Shown here piece by piece: positions 63,796-64,000 of a DNA stretch of 64,000 bases; position 1 is the first letter of the stretch; each line of letters starts with the position of its first letter. The notes beneath the pieces were generated by a model, which saw only the letters and a program-made list of their open reading frames with translations, had not been told where the DNA came from and searched no databases. Origin of the DNA: Podarcis vaucheri (Eukaryota); assembly GCA_965113315.1 (NCBI GenBank), contig OZ220363.1; one strand, given 5' to 3'. The position numbers and the translations under genes were made by a program.

Positions 63796-64000
63796 AATAC
63801 AATAAATGAATAAGAATGCGTCTTTAGCCTCTCATTTCTCTGGAAGGAAGACAGAGAGGATTGTGTGTAGAAACAAATTTACTGCACAAAATTAATATCT
63901 GACATTTGCTGCTCCTCCTACTTTTGCCTCTGGCCCCACCCATCTCTGGCACGCAGCACTTGAAAGGTTGCCCAAAGTGGCTGAAAAAGTCTCCCCATCC

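Noticed and set aside
1-64000. CRISPR arrays, operons or other prokaryotic systems
   Set aside because: The sequence is eukaryotic, intron-containing and CpG-depleted; no regularly spaced repeat-spacer array was seen.

Overview
Vertebrate genomic DNA, most likely a squamate reptile (lizard): it carries a Sauria SINE, a BovB-type tail, and lizard-type hAT and mariner MITEs. The window contains one complete protein-coding gene, the tetraspanin CD151, on the minus strand. Its seven coding exons were assembled by hand (39368-39285, 38666-38475, 34852-34778, 30979-30875, 27435-27280, 25101-25015, 22256-22197; 252 aa; all introns GT-AG, phase 0). A CpG-island promoter is probable at about 59.0-59.96 kb, and a ~2.5 kb 3'UTR probably ends near an AATAAA at 19652-19647. 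The rest is intronic or intergenic and rich in TE remnants (L2, CR1, Penelope, RTE-BovB, SINEs, MITEs) and microsatellites. No clearly novel gene system is demonstrable. The best leads are: an orphan minus-strand exon at 895-1065; a near-identical inverted MITE pair bracketing five CD151 exons (possible circRNA driver); several long intronic hairpins; and Penelope remnants with decayed hammerhead-like motifs.
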